Positions 1 to 11,567 of a stretch of DNA of 20,000 nt are shown one piece after another (the stretch's first letter is position 1; each line of letters opens with the position of its first letter). The translations under genes and the position numbers were made by a program. The notes under the pieces were generated by a model that saw nothing but the letters and a program-made list of their open reading frames with translations, ran no database searches and was not told the origin of the DNA. Location of the stretch: NCBI GenBank assembly GCA_036172245.1, contig JAYWIR010000035.1, forward strand, positions 2,278,949-2,298,948. Direction: 5' to 3'. Source of the DNA: Raillietiella orientalis. Taxonomy: Eukaryota.

Positions 1-780
1 GCGGACTGTGTTTTGGGGGCACACCAGACGGGTGTGCCCCGCTTGTTTGCATTGCTGGCACTGCACGCTCGGACACCTCATTTTCAGGTGACCAAAGCTG
101 CTGCAGCAGCCGCAAAACTTCTGTTTCTCAACGTACCTCACGTCAACGGATTCACCGTTGACGGTGAGTTTGTGGGCAAACTCACATCCTTCGCGAACCG
201 TCACTCGCCCTGCATTCAGCCCGCCAAGCACCCCGTCGTAATCAACAAATGGACTAGGCTTACCGCACAGCGTGTGGACAGTTGCAAATTTTTCTAATTC
301 GTTCCGGACGGCCTCCTTCGTCATCCGGAACGTGATAGCGGTCAGGTGAATGATCACCAACCGGTCTTCAGTAATTGAGAGAAGCCTCCGGCTTCCCATA
401 ATTACGGGGGTTCGCAGAAGTCTCTGCGCAAGAGTTGCCTCCTTGCAAATAACTTCCACAAATTGACCCCCGCTTCTGACGGACATAGCCAGAAGCTCTT
501 GTTTTTGTACGCCGAGAACGCGCATCACCTGAGGGAAGGCGCGCGCGTTCTCGGGAGAATATAAAGCGCCTTCCTTGTATAGGAGGAGTGGGTTGTACCC
601 CTCTTCCAGGTAGGTCCTGATCTCCGCCACAGCCGCCGGCGTGGTCGCGGCAGCCACGGCGTTCCAAGCCCTGGGTAGGGCCGGGGGCGCATCAGTGGGG
701 GCGGAAGCCCCAACTTCCATCTCCTCCGGGGGCAATGGGGTCATCGCCTCCGGATCCTCACCGGTGGTGTAATCAGGCTT
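1..780 (-). CDS. E1 ORF1p (RRM-like region and two CCHC zinc knuckles), 3'-partial
   Basis: Hand translation is open from 780 to 1: MEVGASAPT...YLEEGYNP...VIIHLTAITFRMTKEAVRNELEKFATVH...CGCCSSFGHLKMRCPSVQCQQCKQAGHTRLVCP. The codon matching the E6 ATG is AAG (780-778); in-frame ATGs lie at 744 and 720. It is missing from the ORF track because it runs off the edge. Confidence 0.85.
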
Positions 781-880
781 TGCTGCCTAATCCTCCACCC
801 ACACCACACAAAACACCACCGGAAAGCGAAACTCAGGAGCAGCGAAAAGACACGTTCGCTCGACGCTCCAGAGTCTCTCT
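1..880 (-). mobile_element. E1: 5' part of an L1/Tx1-like LINE (5'UTR and ORF1), continuing off the left edge
   Basis: The minus-strand 5'UTR (GAACGTGTCTTTTCGCTGCTCCT...GTGTGGTGTGGGTGG...GGCAGC) aligns with the E6 5'UTR. The ORF1 that follows is collinear with E6 ORF1. Confidence 0.9.
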
Positions 881-2805
881 GTAAACTTGGTACGCAGGGA
901 CGTTTATTTTTTCAAATAAACTTATATAATGTATGACTGGACCAGTAGTCCCTCCACGCCCTGGAAACATTCAGCCTGCCGGGCTACCGGTGCACAGACT
1001 GGCGCGGTCGACCTCGGAAGCAGAGGATACAAAAAATCAAAGAAAAAGAAAATAAAGAAATAAACAAAACCAATGAGGGAGCGGGAAGAAATGATTGTCT
1101 GCTGGGAGGGTCCGTCATCCTCTGAAGGATGCCGGCAAGCTTTCGCTGAATGCTGGATTCCAGATGGGGCTATCGCTTCGGCATCCTCAGGTAAGGGACG
1201 GCGTAAACGGTTGCGTCCCTGTCGCTGGACCCTCCCGTCGCATTGCTTGATCCCACGACGAATCCGCGTGGGCAGCACAGGTCTGCAGGGTGTCACGGAC
1301 AAAAAGGGGGCGCAAAGCGTCTCTGGGGTTGCCTATGGGGATCCCCAGGGCTGCAGCAAAGCGTTCCCACAAGGGACGGAGGGCAACACAATCCACTAAC
1401 AGGTGAGGGAAGTATTAACTCTCCCTGCACCTGACACAATTTGGGTTGACTCCCCCCCACGTTCAGTGGTGTCGGCGGGCGTTGCAGGGGAGGCACGAAT
1501 GCAACACCAGGAGTGCCGACTGTTGCCACTTCATGGGGACGATGCGCGAGTCCATGAGCACCGGGGGCCACTCGAGATGTTCCTCTGGAACATCCAGTAG
1601 CTCTTCCTAGCGCAAGAGAACATTTGGTGTGGTCCTCGGGGTCGCAGCGTTGGTGAGCTGACCCGTTCACCAATCCTCGATTTTCTTCGCCCTGCTGGAG
1701 ATCTTGACAGTAACCTCTCATTGTGCCGCGACGTCGATGCCCAGATGTTCCCGTAGGGTAGGCAGTACCGCAGCAAGGGAGGTTTCTTGAGCCCACGCTC
1801 TCCTTAGGGGATATTCGATGATTTCTCGGAGCGTTCGGTGGGCGTACGGCCCAAACAGAGCTTTCGCTCGTGTTGCGGGCTCTGCTCCTGAGTCATCGCC
1901 CACGTGCGGACGGTTTCCTGCAACCAGGCAGGACCGTTGGCGGGGCGTACTAGGATCCGCTCCGAGTTGGTCTTCGCGAGCTTGGCCGCCCTTCGAAGCT
2001 GAAGTCCGCAGTGGCAGATGTTGCTTCGGAGTGCAAAGTAGGACGAGAGTCCCGCATTGCCGGTGGCCCGCTCGACGAGGAGACGTGCAGGGAGACACCA
2101 GGCGGTGCACCAATTTTATGACATAAAGGCAACACTCTGGAAATGGAGATGAAGCTCCAGCCGCTCCAGAGTCAGGAGGCCAAGAGCGCCGTACCGACGC
2201 GGACCGCGCAAGTCCGCGAGACGGACTCAAGGCCTCCCTCTGCCCCAAAGGCTATCCTCAGGAGATCCTTCGTCCCTTTCCTAGATTCCACTGAGGGGTG
2301 GCAAACAAAAAGCAAGGGGCGAAGGAGGAGTGCCGCAAAAGCGTTACACGCGGGGCCCGTTCCTGCAAGTAGAACCTGCCGCCTCGGAACGGGCCGATAG
2401 CCGTCACTTCTTTTTGGAGGCAGCCGGACCACGCTTCCGCAGGGGAGTAGTCCCCCAACGGCACACCAATGTACTTGAAGTACCTCACCGTGGGGATCCC
2501 CAAACGGACCCAGTCCTGCTGCCCTGCCCACGCCGCTCCGACTGGCATTACGCACGACTTCGCCCTGTTCACCGTCAGTCCTGTTCCACGACTCAGCAGG
2601 TCGAAGAAGTCCTCGACCGCCGAGGCCGGGGTGGACATAGGCAGCAGCAGCAGAAGATCGTCCGCGTACGCCGAAACCGCAGGCGTACCGGGGCAATCGC
2701 ACGGCAGGTGCGCAAGAGTCTCCCTGTACGCTCTCAGCACCAATTCGAAAAAGGCGCTAAAGAGCAGGGAACTCAGGCTGTCTCCCTGCCGTATGCCGTA
2801 TGCCG
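881..2805 (-). mobile_element. E2: 5'-truncated LINE (RT C-terminal half, C-terminal domain, 3'UTR)
   Basis: Starts at GIRQGDSLSSLLF and contains AYADD and FKYIGV. A pyrimidine-rich 3'UTR and the family 3' motif (881-921) follow. Confidence 0.9.
1095..2805 (-). pseudogene. E2 ORF2 remnant (RT palm/thumb and C-terminus), frameshifted
   Basis: ORFs 2258..2743, 2172..2702 and 1187..1396 carry consecutive segments very similar to E6 ORF2, in different frames. Confidence 0.88.
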
Positions 2806-4290
2806 GACGCGGGGCCTCCGATTGCCCAAGAGGTATTTTCTAATGAAGCCACTTGTCCTTTGTCGAATTTTGGGAGGTATTGTGCGTACAAAAAGCAGGG
2901 GGCGAAAGAGGGGGGTCGCAAAAGCGTTCCACACCGCGGCCCGTTCCTGCAAGTAAAACTTGCCGTCTCGGAACGGGCCGATCGCCAACTCCACCTTTTG
3001 TAGACAGTCGGACCAGGCTTCTGCAGCGCAAAAGTCCCCCAACGGAACTCCAAATTACTTGAAGTACCCGCCCGTGGGGATCCCCGAGCGGATCCAGTCG
3101 GACCGTCCTGCCCGCGACGAGTCCGAAGAAATGATTGACGACTTCGCCCTGTTTACCTGGAAGCCCGTCCCACGGTTCAGCAACTTAAAGAAATCTTAGA
3201 GCGACGATGCCGGGATGGACCCGGAAAGCAGAAGCACAAGGTCGTCGGCATGGGCCGACACGGCAGGCGTGCAGGGACAGCAGCTCGGCAGGGTTGCTAA
3301 AGTCTCCCTGTATGCTCTCAGCACCAACTTAAAGTAGATGCTGAAGAGCAGGGGGCTCACGCTGTCACCCTGCCGGATGTCGCGACCAACCGGCACGCCG
3401 TACACGTGGCGGCTGCTGAAATGGATGTTAATTAGCGCGAAGCGACAGCAAGAGCGCAGGTACGCCAGGAAGACGGCCGGAAATCCCAAGCGTTCCAGAA
3501 GCACCAGGAGGAGCCCCTAGTCGACGCAATCGAAAGCTTTACGCAAATCGAACGCGACCGCAAGGGCTCCGGGCGCCACATCCTCCTCCCGGCTTCCCTC
3601 CGCAAGGTCAGTGAAGAGTCCAGGACTCTCCTGACCTAGCTGAGCCCTGTTGCAACTGACAGAAGGTGCTGGCGAGGAACAGGTTGGCCTCCATGGTTCG
3701 TCCGGGAAAAGCGTAAGTCTGTTCCGTACTGACCACGGATTCCGCTACCCGTCCAAGACGCTCAGCCCAGAGTTTAACGAGCAACTTTGCGTCCACATTC
3801 TCCACAGTGATAGGACGCCAGTTGCCAACGTTGCGCAACTCTCCTCCCTTAGAGAGGAGACGTACTCTAGCTGACCGGAACGAGTTGGGGACATCCCCGC
3901 GTTCACGGATCAGAAAACACAATCTGAGCACCAGGGCAGCCAACACTGCCGCAGAATGTTGGTAGAATTCAGCTGGCAGGCCGTCTTCCCCTGGTGCTTT
4001 GTTTTTTTTGAGTTTTCTGATGGCGGAGACAATCTCCGTCATCGTAAATTCCAGTTCGAAGGTGTGACGTTCCTCCTTCCTTAGCGCGGGAGCACCCTCT
4101 GACAGCAGACTCTGCGCAAAACGGCGCTTTGGTGGTCACTTGGCGTAAAGGGAGGAGTAGAAATCCCGCAAAATGCAACAAACCTACGCTGCAGAAGAGT
4201 CCTCCTGGCCTTCTTCGTCCAATAAGCAGGCAGACCCGGATTGCCAGGCCTGCCTCTCAGCTTAAGCCTTGATTTCCGCCAGGCGACGGT
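2806..4290 (-). pseudogene. E3 downstream part: ORF2 linker and RT up to the thumb, degraded and 3'-truncated
   Basis: KAPGEDGLPAEFY, NWRPITVENVDAK, DLRKAFDCVD, IRQGDSVSPLLF, AHADD and ...RPRVR are present, with several stops and frameshifts. Confidence 0.88.
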
Positions 4291-4328
4291 CGTTCTCCTT
4301 TGCCAGGCAACCCTGGCAAAGGAGAACG
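4291..4328. repeat. Perfect 17-bp inverted repeat with a 4-nt loop at the E4 5' junction
   Basis: cgttctcctttgccagg-caac-cctggcaaaggagaacg. Confidence 0.95.
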
Positions 4329-5445
4329 CCTGGATGGTTTGTGGCCCCGCCAACTTCTCCGCTTGGCTGGAAGAGACTTTTGGCACCTGGACCAAGCAGA
4401 AACAGAGGTGCGAAGACCGGATGAACTGCCTACGAGTCGGCTTTTACGCCCGCCGAACTCTTTGTGAAATTATTGAACTTCCACCGAGTTGCACGTGGGC
4501 GGAAGGCACACCCCTTGTTACGGTGATGCCCTTCCTCCAAAGGGAGCTTCATGGAAGCCGGAAGCCAAAGTGGCAAGTCCGCTGCCGTATCGCAGGCAGA
4601 GAGAAGATGATGATCGGCTGGACCATGGGGGAGTTGACAGATGCAGCGACCCCTTGTCTCCAGCCGCGTGGATTAAGAAAATGGGGCGAGCTGCTCGGCA
4701 TCCGATTGGATTACCTGAAGTGGCCCCCGGTTCTACTTGGATCCAGGATTCTTCCCCTGAAGTGGCAAGAATCGGCGCTTCTGTGGCTGCATTGGGGTCT
4801 ACCCTGCAACGCGCGCCGCCTCAACTGGACGCGAAGAAGAGTAAATCCTGTGTGTGCCAGGTGTGGGGAGCGGGAGTCGCTCCCCCACCTCTGAGTTGAA
4901 TGCCCTGCCGTCCGGATTCTTTGAAATCGTCTTAAAACGGTCCTTGGGATACCCGATGCTGGCAATGTTGGATGTGTCTACAGTCTTGTGTTCGCGCGGG
5001 ATATCCTCAGTCCAGCCGCAGCCCTGGCAGCACTTTGCTGCATTCGTGGTATCGTGGCATCCTGGAGTGATGCCGAAGATGAAGGCTGCATCGTGAGGGA
5101 GGTCATCGAGTATGCTTCTCGCTTCCTGCAGAGAGCTACCCGATGGCCCCATCGAGGAAAACTGAAAATGCAACTAGAAGGCATCCTGCGAAGGAGGGGC
5201 CCTCACAGCAGTTTTCTGTGATCCCTTCCCGGCCCTCCAAACTTTTTTTTGTGGTTTGTTTTTCTCTTTTATTTTATTTTTGTTCTCTCCCCCATCCCCA
5301 TCCACTGCCGAGGGGAGCCACACGGAGCTGCGTTCCGGTGTCCCGGCAGTTCAGGTATTGCGTGGCCATCAGTGGGGCCTTGTACCACGTTCTGTATTGA
5401 CTGTTGAAATGTTTTTAATAAACGTCCCGGCGTATCCGGGTGGAA
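4291..5445 (+). mobile_element. E4: 5'-truncated LINE (ORF2 C-terminus and 3'UTR) inserted antisense
   Basis: ATLAKENAW...CARCGERESLPHL*VEC...RGPHSSFL* ends at 5221. A T-rich UTR and AATAAACGTCCCGGCGTATCCGGGTG follow. Confidence 0.9.
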
Positions 5446-6329
5446 TCGCCGAATCCCCGGGGCAGACGTTGCACAGCGAAAAGTTCGCAAAACTCCCGGA
5501 CCGAGTCCTTAAATAGGTCCCAATCCGCGAAACTCTGGAGTGTGACGCCTCGCAGGAATTCGCGATGATGTTCTTTCGCTACTCATAGACGCGTCCAGTC
5601 TACTGGCATACGCCAATCCCTGGATGGCGGTCCCTTGTCGCGCGGGCGCATCTCCAATAATAACCGGGAATGGTCTGACAGCGTCGATCCAAGTGTCCCT
5701 ATTTTTCCGACCCGTGTGCACAGATCGTCGTCGAGGAAGACGTGGTCCACGCTGCTGAAAATCCCGCTTATTTCTGTGAGCAAGTTGCGCGCGAGCATGG
5801 CGGCGCACAACTTGTTGATCGTGTTCCCCTATGTTCCCGGCTGATCTTAGATCCGGCGGACGTTGAAATCCTTCGCTGGCATATGCGCCTTTCGCACGTC
5901 CGTTTCCACCAGACATTCGCACTTCAAGGTTTCCAATTACGCGTTGCGCTTTTGGTATCCTTGTTTACCGCTAGGTGCGTACACATTGGTGACGATGAGG
6001 TCGACCGATTCGGATTATCTGAGAGTCTGTTGGCCGATTTCTCTGTCGTCCCCAAAGCGCATGCCCTTCACGTACGCATTAATGGCTGGCTTTAGAAACA
6101 ACACGACCCCGCAGGTGTTGCGGGCGCCGCATCGTGAGTACAACCGCCCCCCCGCGATCGTATCGATCTCCTGGGCGTCTTTTGCTGTGATCACGTCTAT
6201 CTCTTGCAAAAGCACCAGGTCGAAATCTTGCTGGGTTGCGGCTGTGTCCCGTCTGTTTCCGTCATCGCGCAGCCCGTTGACATTCCAACTGGCCGCGCGG
6301 ATCCGACGGCGACAGGCGAGTCCAGGTGT
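5446..6329 (-). pseudogene. E3 ORF2 N-terminus: APE endonuclease and start of the linker
   Basis: SWNVNGL, LLQEID, NVYAP, KDFN, VDHVF and LSDH motifs, with internal stops. Confidence 0.88.
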
Positions 6330-7692
6330 TATCCCTGGGAACCTGGCGGTGGGGCTCCCGCCACCTTTTGGGGCGAGTCGCTGGACGGGGTTGGCGTCTT
6401 GCCCACCAACTCCCCATCCTGCTTACGTGCCGACGTCTCCGGCTGCTCGTGCGAAGGGGGTGTTGCTCGTACCTGTTGGCTCACATCCATTGGTGCGGGT
6501 GGTCCAGGTTCGGCGGTTTCAGGGAGCATTGCTGCCCCTGCTTACCCTCCTGCATTAAAGTAGCCTTCTCGTCGGCTTCCGCACATATGTGATGCCCGAC
6601 TTGGGCTTCCACGCTGCCACCCTCTGGTTCCTCGTCCAGTGCATCCCCCTCGCGCGGAGGCGGAAGGCACCATCGGGGTTTCTGAAATTTTCGCTCCGCT
6701 TTCCGTGGTGATGCTTCAATAGAGGATGCACTTCCGGCCTCCCTATCCGACTCACCTGCGGAAGCCACTTTAACCGATGCCGGCCTACGTAACCCCTTTC
6801 GCGAAGGGTTCTTGCGTTCGGCAAGCGTTGCCGCAAGCTCCTCGGCGGCCTTCTCGAAGGCTGCGTCCTTGGTTTCGGCGATGTTGTCGTCCGGCTGGCC
6901 CTCTCCGCAAGCAGGGGGTGGGTTTTTGCGCGCATTCGTCGCGGCGGGAAAATCGATCGAAGCCGTATCGCCTCCGGTGGTGTCGGCTGGAACGTGACTG
7001 CGCTCCAGCGTAACCGTGCATTTTCGGAGAGTTTTTACGCGCGAAACAGGATTGAGCTTATGTTCCGGCCGCTGCCTTTTCTTTTTTCTTCGAAACATGC
7101 TTGTCCTTTTTCTCTTTTTTGGCTTTGACTAGCTGGAGCCCTGTTCTCCCTCTGCGGTTTCGGGAAGATTTTTCTCCGATGCCGCGCTTGCAGCTTGGGT
7201 TATTGGCAGCTTTTCTCGGCCAGTTTCACGGTTTCCCAATTTCTCTTTCCCCGCGCGTTTCCCTTGCGCCTTTTTGGCGGCCGAGGAAATTGGGGTGGGG
7301 CGTTTAGGGCACACGCGACGGACGTGTCCCTTTTCCCCGCACAAGTAGCATACGATGTTTGGGCACCTCTTTCGGATGTGTCCGACCGCATCGCAGTAGT
7401 GGCAATACCGTGGTTTGACCGCATACCAGACGTCTATTGGTTCTTCCGCGGCCTCAAGCTTGTAAGGAAGCTTCGCTTGGTCTTTTGGGGTTACACGTGC
7501 CTCGGCGAGGCCCCCGAAGTGGCGTCCGTAGCCCTCAAATATTGTGGGTTTCGGCTACAGCGGGTGTACGTCCCCGTATTTACGTAGCTCACCTTTGACG
7601 GCAGTGCGCGTCAGGCGCTTACATATTCCTGTGAAGTGGACCACTACCGAGTGGTCCATTGACACAAGGAAGAAACAGTCCGACATTCGTCG
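6329..7692 (-). pseudogene. E3 ORF1 remnant (5'-truncated; two CCHC knuckles, low-complexity C-terminus)
   Basis: VVVHFTGICKRLTRTAVKGELRKYGDVH; CHYCDAVGHIRKRCPNIVCYLCGEKGHVRRVCP; FEKAAEELAA matches E6 FARAAEELAA. It ends GSQG* at 6329. Confidence 0.87.
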
Positions 7693-9797
7693 TTATCATC
7701 TGGGTACGCCCGGGGCGTTTATTTGTAAACTCTACATGCGTGGTACGAGGCTCCACCACGGCCGCAAACACAGGACCTGTCGGAACACCGAGACTCAGCC
7801 CGGCGTGACACTCTCCGACAACAAAGGCGGATAAGGATAAGACAAAAATAATAATCAAAAATGGAAACAAACAAAAAGAAGTTGGAGGGCAGAGAAGGGA
7901 TCACTCGTCGCTGTAAGGAGGGCCCATCCGTCGAACGAAGCCTTTGAGGTCTGTCTGCATATTCCCTAGTTGGCGCAATCGGACAGCTCTTTGCAAAAAG
8001 CGTTGGGCATAAGGAATGACATCCCTCGCCTGTGGACCCACTTCTTCGTTGTTGGCGTAGCTGCATGCCGCCACGATGCAACAAGCGCAGCACAAGGTTG
8101 CGATGGCTGCGGCTGGCTGCAGTACGTCCTTCACAAAGAGGGGCCGCAGAACTTCTCTAAGGGTGCTGCCCGTAGGGAGCACGAGGGTCATTCCGAGCCG
8201 TTCCCAAAGTTGTCGGAGGGCAGCACAATCCACAATAAGGTGGGGGTGCGACTCCCGCTCCCCACACCTGGCACACGCAGGATCAACAGCTCCTCTCGTC
8301 CAGTGGAAGCGGCGCGCGTTGCAGGGTAGACCCGAGTGCAACAGGAGACACGCCGACTCTTGGAACATGAGGGGCAGGATCTTGGATTCTTTCATCACCG
8401 GGAGCCACTTCAGCTCATCCATGGGGATGGCGAGCAGCTCGCCCCATCTTTCTAATCCTCGCGGCTGGACGCTCAGGGTCGTGGCGTCGGCCAGTTCTCC
8501 TGTTGTGCAGCCGCTGATCAACTTCTCGCGTCCCTCGATGCAGCAGGAGACTTGCCACCTTGGCGTCCGGCTGCTGTGAAGTGCCCTCCTCAGGAAGGGC
8601 AGCGCCGTAGCTAGGCAGGTCGTCTCTGCCCACTTGCATCTTGCTCGACTCATCAGGAGATCCCGCAGCGTCTAGCAAGCGTAGGGGCTGCATCGGAGAC
8701 GATTCTACGTTTCGTGGCTGCTCTGGTTAACCACTGCCCACGTTCCAATTTTCTCCTCCATGCCAGCGGGGGAGTTGGCGGGCAGCAAACAATCCAGCTG
8801 TTCTCCTTGGCCAATGTTGCCATGCGCCCGAGCAGTAGGCCGCATCTTCGCAACTTCAGGTAACGGCTCAGAAGAAAAGACGCGAGTCCATCGCACCGGG
8901 ACACACGGCTGGCCAGGAGGCGGGCTGGAGTGCACCAAGGGGTGCTCCACATCTTCGCTGCGATGGCGAGGGTTCGCCAGTGCAGCTGCTTCTTCAAGCG
9001 CTCCAGCGTCAGGAGGCCAAGACCGCCGTCCCGACGCGATGCGCACAAGTCCTTCAGAGGGACTCGGAGCCTCCCTTTGCCCCAAAGGGCGATGCGGAGG
9101 AGTTGCTTTGTCCTCTTCTTTGATTCCACGGTGGGGGGGCAAACAACAAGCAAAAGGCGGAGGATGAAGGCCGCGGAGGCGTTTCAAACGGCGGCCCGTT
9201 CCAGCAAGTGAAACTTGCCTTCCAGGAACGGGCCGAACGCCGTCTCGACTTTTTGGAGGCAGCTGGACCACGCCTCCGCAGGGGAGAAGTCCCCTGACGG
9301 CACACCGAGGTATTTGATGCACCTCACCGTGGGATCCCCAGACGGAACCAGTCCTGCTGCCCTGCCCACGTCGCTCCTACTGGCACCAGCGACGACTTCG
9401 TCCTGTTACCCTGTAATCCGGCCCCACGACTGAGCAGGTCGAAGAGATCTCCGACCGCCTTTGCCGGGGTGGACATTGGCAACAAGAGCAGAAGATTGTC
9501 GGCGTACGCTGCTACGGCGGGCGTGCCAAAGCACGAGCTCGGCAAGGAAGCCACAGTCATTCTGTACGCTCTCAGCATCAACACAGCGTAGGTGCTAAAA
9601 AGCAGGGGGCTGAGGGTATCTCGCTGCCTTATGCCCCGCCGCACCGGCACGCCATACACCTTGTGACCACTGAAAGAGAAGGTAATCATCCCATTCCGCC
9701 AGCAAGAGCGCCGGTAGGAAATCAGGGTGGGTGCGAAGCCCATGCGACCCAGGAGCTCCAAGAGGAGTTCCTGGTCTACACAGTCGAACGCCTTGTG
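7693..9797 (-). mobile_element. E5 3' half: RT from HKAFD onward, C-terminal domain and 3'UTR
   Basis: HKAFDCVDQ, AYADN, KYLGV and CARCGERESHPHLIVDC; stop at 7901; 3' motif at 7693-7730; frameshifted. Confidence 0.9.
9782..9797 (+). repeat. Left copy of the E6 target-site duplication
   Basis: agtcgaacgccttgtg matches 15363-15378 at 15 of 16 positions. Confidence 0.9.
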
Positions 9798-9891
9798 CGT
9801 TCTAGGGTGGACGTGTTTTTTCGGTTCTCCTCGTGCCAGGAAGTCTCCCCCAGTGCAAGCGTCGTGTGGTTCGGTGGTCGATCTGGCAGCG

Positions 9892-11567
9892 ATGCCTGAC
9901 GCGACCACCAGGGATGGCCAGGGGGCAGCGGCAACGCCGCTCCCAGAGGCGCTGGAGAGCCAGGGGGCGGCGGCAACGTCGCCCCCAGAGTCGATGGAGG
10001 TGGGGGCATCCGCCCCCACAGAATCGTTCCCCGCTGCAGCGCGGGCGTGGAGCGCCGTTGTGTCGGCGCCATCGCCTGCAGCCGCGGCGGAATTGTCGGC
10101 CTATGTAGAGGAAGGGTACAACCCCTCAGTGTTCTACAAGGTAGGCAATTTATATTCTATAGAGAGCGCGCGCGCCTTCTCGAATGGCATGCGCGATCTC
10201 GATGTGAAAGAGAAGGAGCTCAGCGCTATGACCATCCGCAGCGGGGGTCTGCACGTTGATGTCATCTGCAAACATGCAGAGCTGTCCCAACGACTGCTTA
10301 AAACCCCCGTTGTGATGGGGACGCGCAGGCTCCTCCCCACTACGGCGGACCGCAGCATGGTGGTCCACCTGTTAGGCGTCACCGCGCGAATGCGCAAAGA
10401 ACAGGTACGCGCCGCTTTGGAACAGTTCGGAACGGTCCACGCGCAGTGGACGAAAGTAAGTCCTTTCGAGGACTACACGGGGCTGCAACACGGCCTCACT
10501 GCTGCGCGCGTGACCGTTCGGGAGGGCTGCACTCTTCCCCACAAACTGGTGGTCGAAGGCGAAACCGTCGACCTCTGGTATGTGGGGAAGCCGAAATACT
10601 GTGGCTTCTGCAATGCGTCGGGCCACCTCAAAAAGAGGTGTCCCAATGTGCAGTGCCAAGTATGCGGCACAATGGGCCACACGAGGAAGGTGTGCCCAAA
10701 AGCAGCAGTGCGGGTGGTTTCCAAGAGAAGCCTTAAAAAGCACGCCCGGCTTTCTGCAGAAAACGCTGGCGGCGAAAGCTGCCGCGAAGGTTGTGCCACC
10801 CGCGCCCAAGACCCAGGCCGCACCCGAGACCCCGGCGACCAACGCCGAAAAAGTTGAGGGAGCCGGCCTGGAGACTGGGTGGCAAGTGGCAACGGCCAAA
10901 AAATCAAAGAAGGAGAGGAGGATGGAATAGAAAATCGCCTACCAACAGAAGAAGAAAGAGCAGGGTAGCGCGATAATTAAAGAGTGCAGCGTCGTTGTCG
11001 AACAAGTTCTCGATGTTGCCGAACGGTGCCGGAAAGAACTCGCCGCTACCGACGACCTCCCCTCTGTTGACACAGTCAACAGCGAGGGGAGCGAGCCGGC
11101 GGCGGCGTCCGTCATCGACACCACCATCGATGACGTAGCCTTCGCGCGAGCCGCGGAGGAGCTGGCAGCCTCGTTGCAGCCAGAATTCTCCAAGGCTGGC
11201 AAGAAGGCCGTAAGGCGTCCGGCCTCCCCTCAGGAGTCCCCCACTTCCGACCCCGAGGTGGAGGCCGGATGCGCAGCCTCCGTTTCTACGGCACCGCGCA
11301 AGAAGGCTGGACGTAAGTCCACAAAGCCAAGGAAGCTCGTCTCCCCCGTCGAAGGGGAAGAGATGGCTTCCGCAAGCGAGGGTGCCATGAGCGTGGGAAA
11401 CTCTCGGGACCCGTCGTCCGAGAGACTCCCACGCGCGGACACGGAGGGGATGGAGGGGGTGGAATCCGAACAGGTGCCTCAGGTGCCTGAGAAGGCCGAA
11501 ACCCCCATGGACATCATGCCCGCCTCGCAAGGAGGGCTCCCCCACACCTTAATCTTCCCAGCAGTAA
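9892..11567 (+). pseudogene. E6 ORF1p (RRM-like region and two CCHC knuckles; Tx1/L1 type)
   Basis: ATG 9892 (MPDATT) is placed by alignment with E1. CGFCNASGHLKKRCPNVQCQVCGTMGHTRKVCP is present. There is a frameshift near 10700-10750, a TAG at 10928 and a probable deletion near 11520. Confidence 0.85.

Noticed and set aside
5411..5445. Rho-independent terminator
   Set aside because: The context is eukaryotic and there is no U-tract after the GC stem. It is better explained as the LINE 3' terminal motif.
9727..9891. N-terminal extension of ORF1 in the ORF track
   Set aside because: It starts outside E6, upstream of the TSD. Alignment with E1 supports ATG 9892.
9324..10019. 231-aa ORF with a novel N-terminus fused to RT
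   Set aside because: It is a read-through across the E6/E5 junction; the N-terminal half is antisense E6 5'UTR and ORF1.
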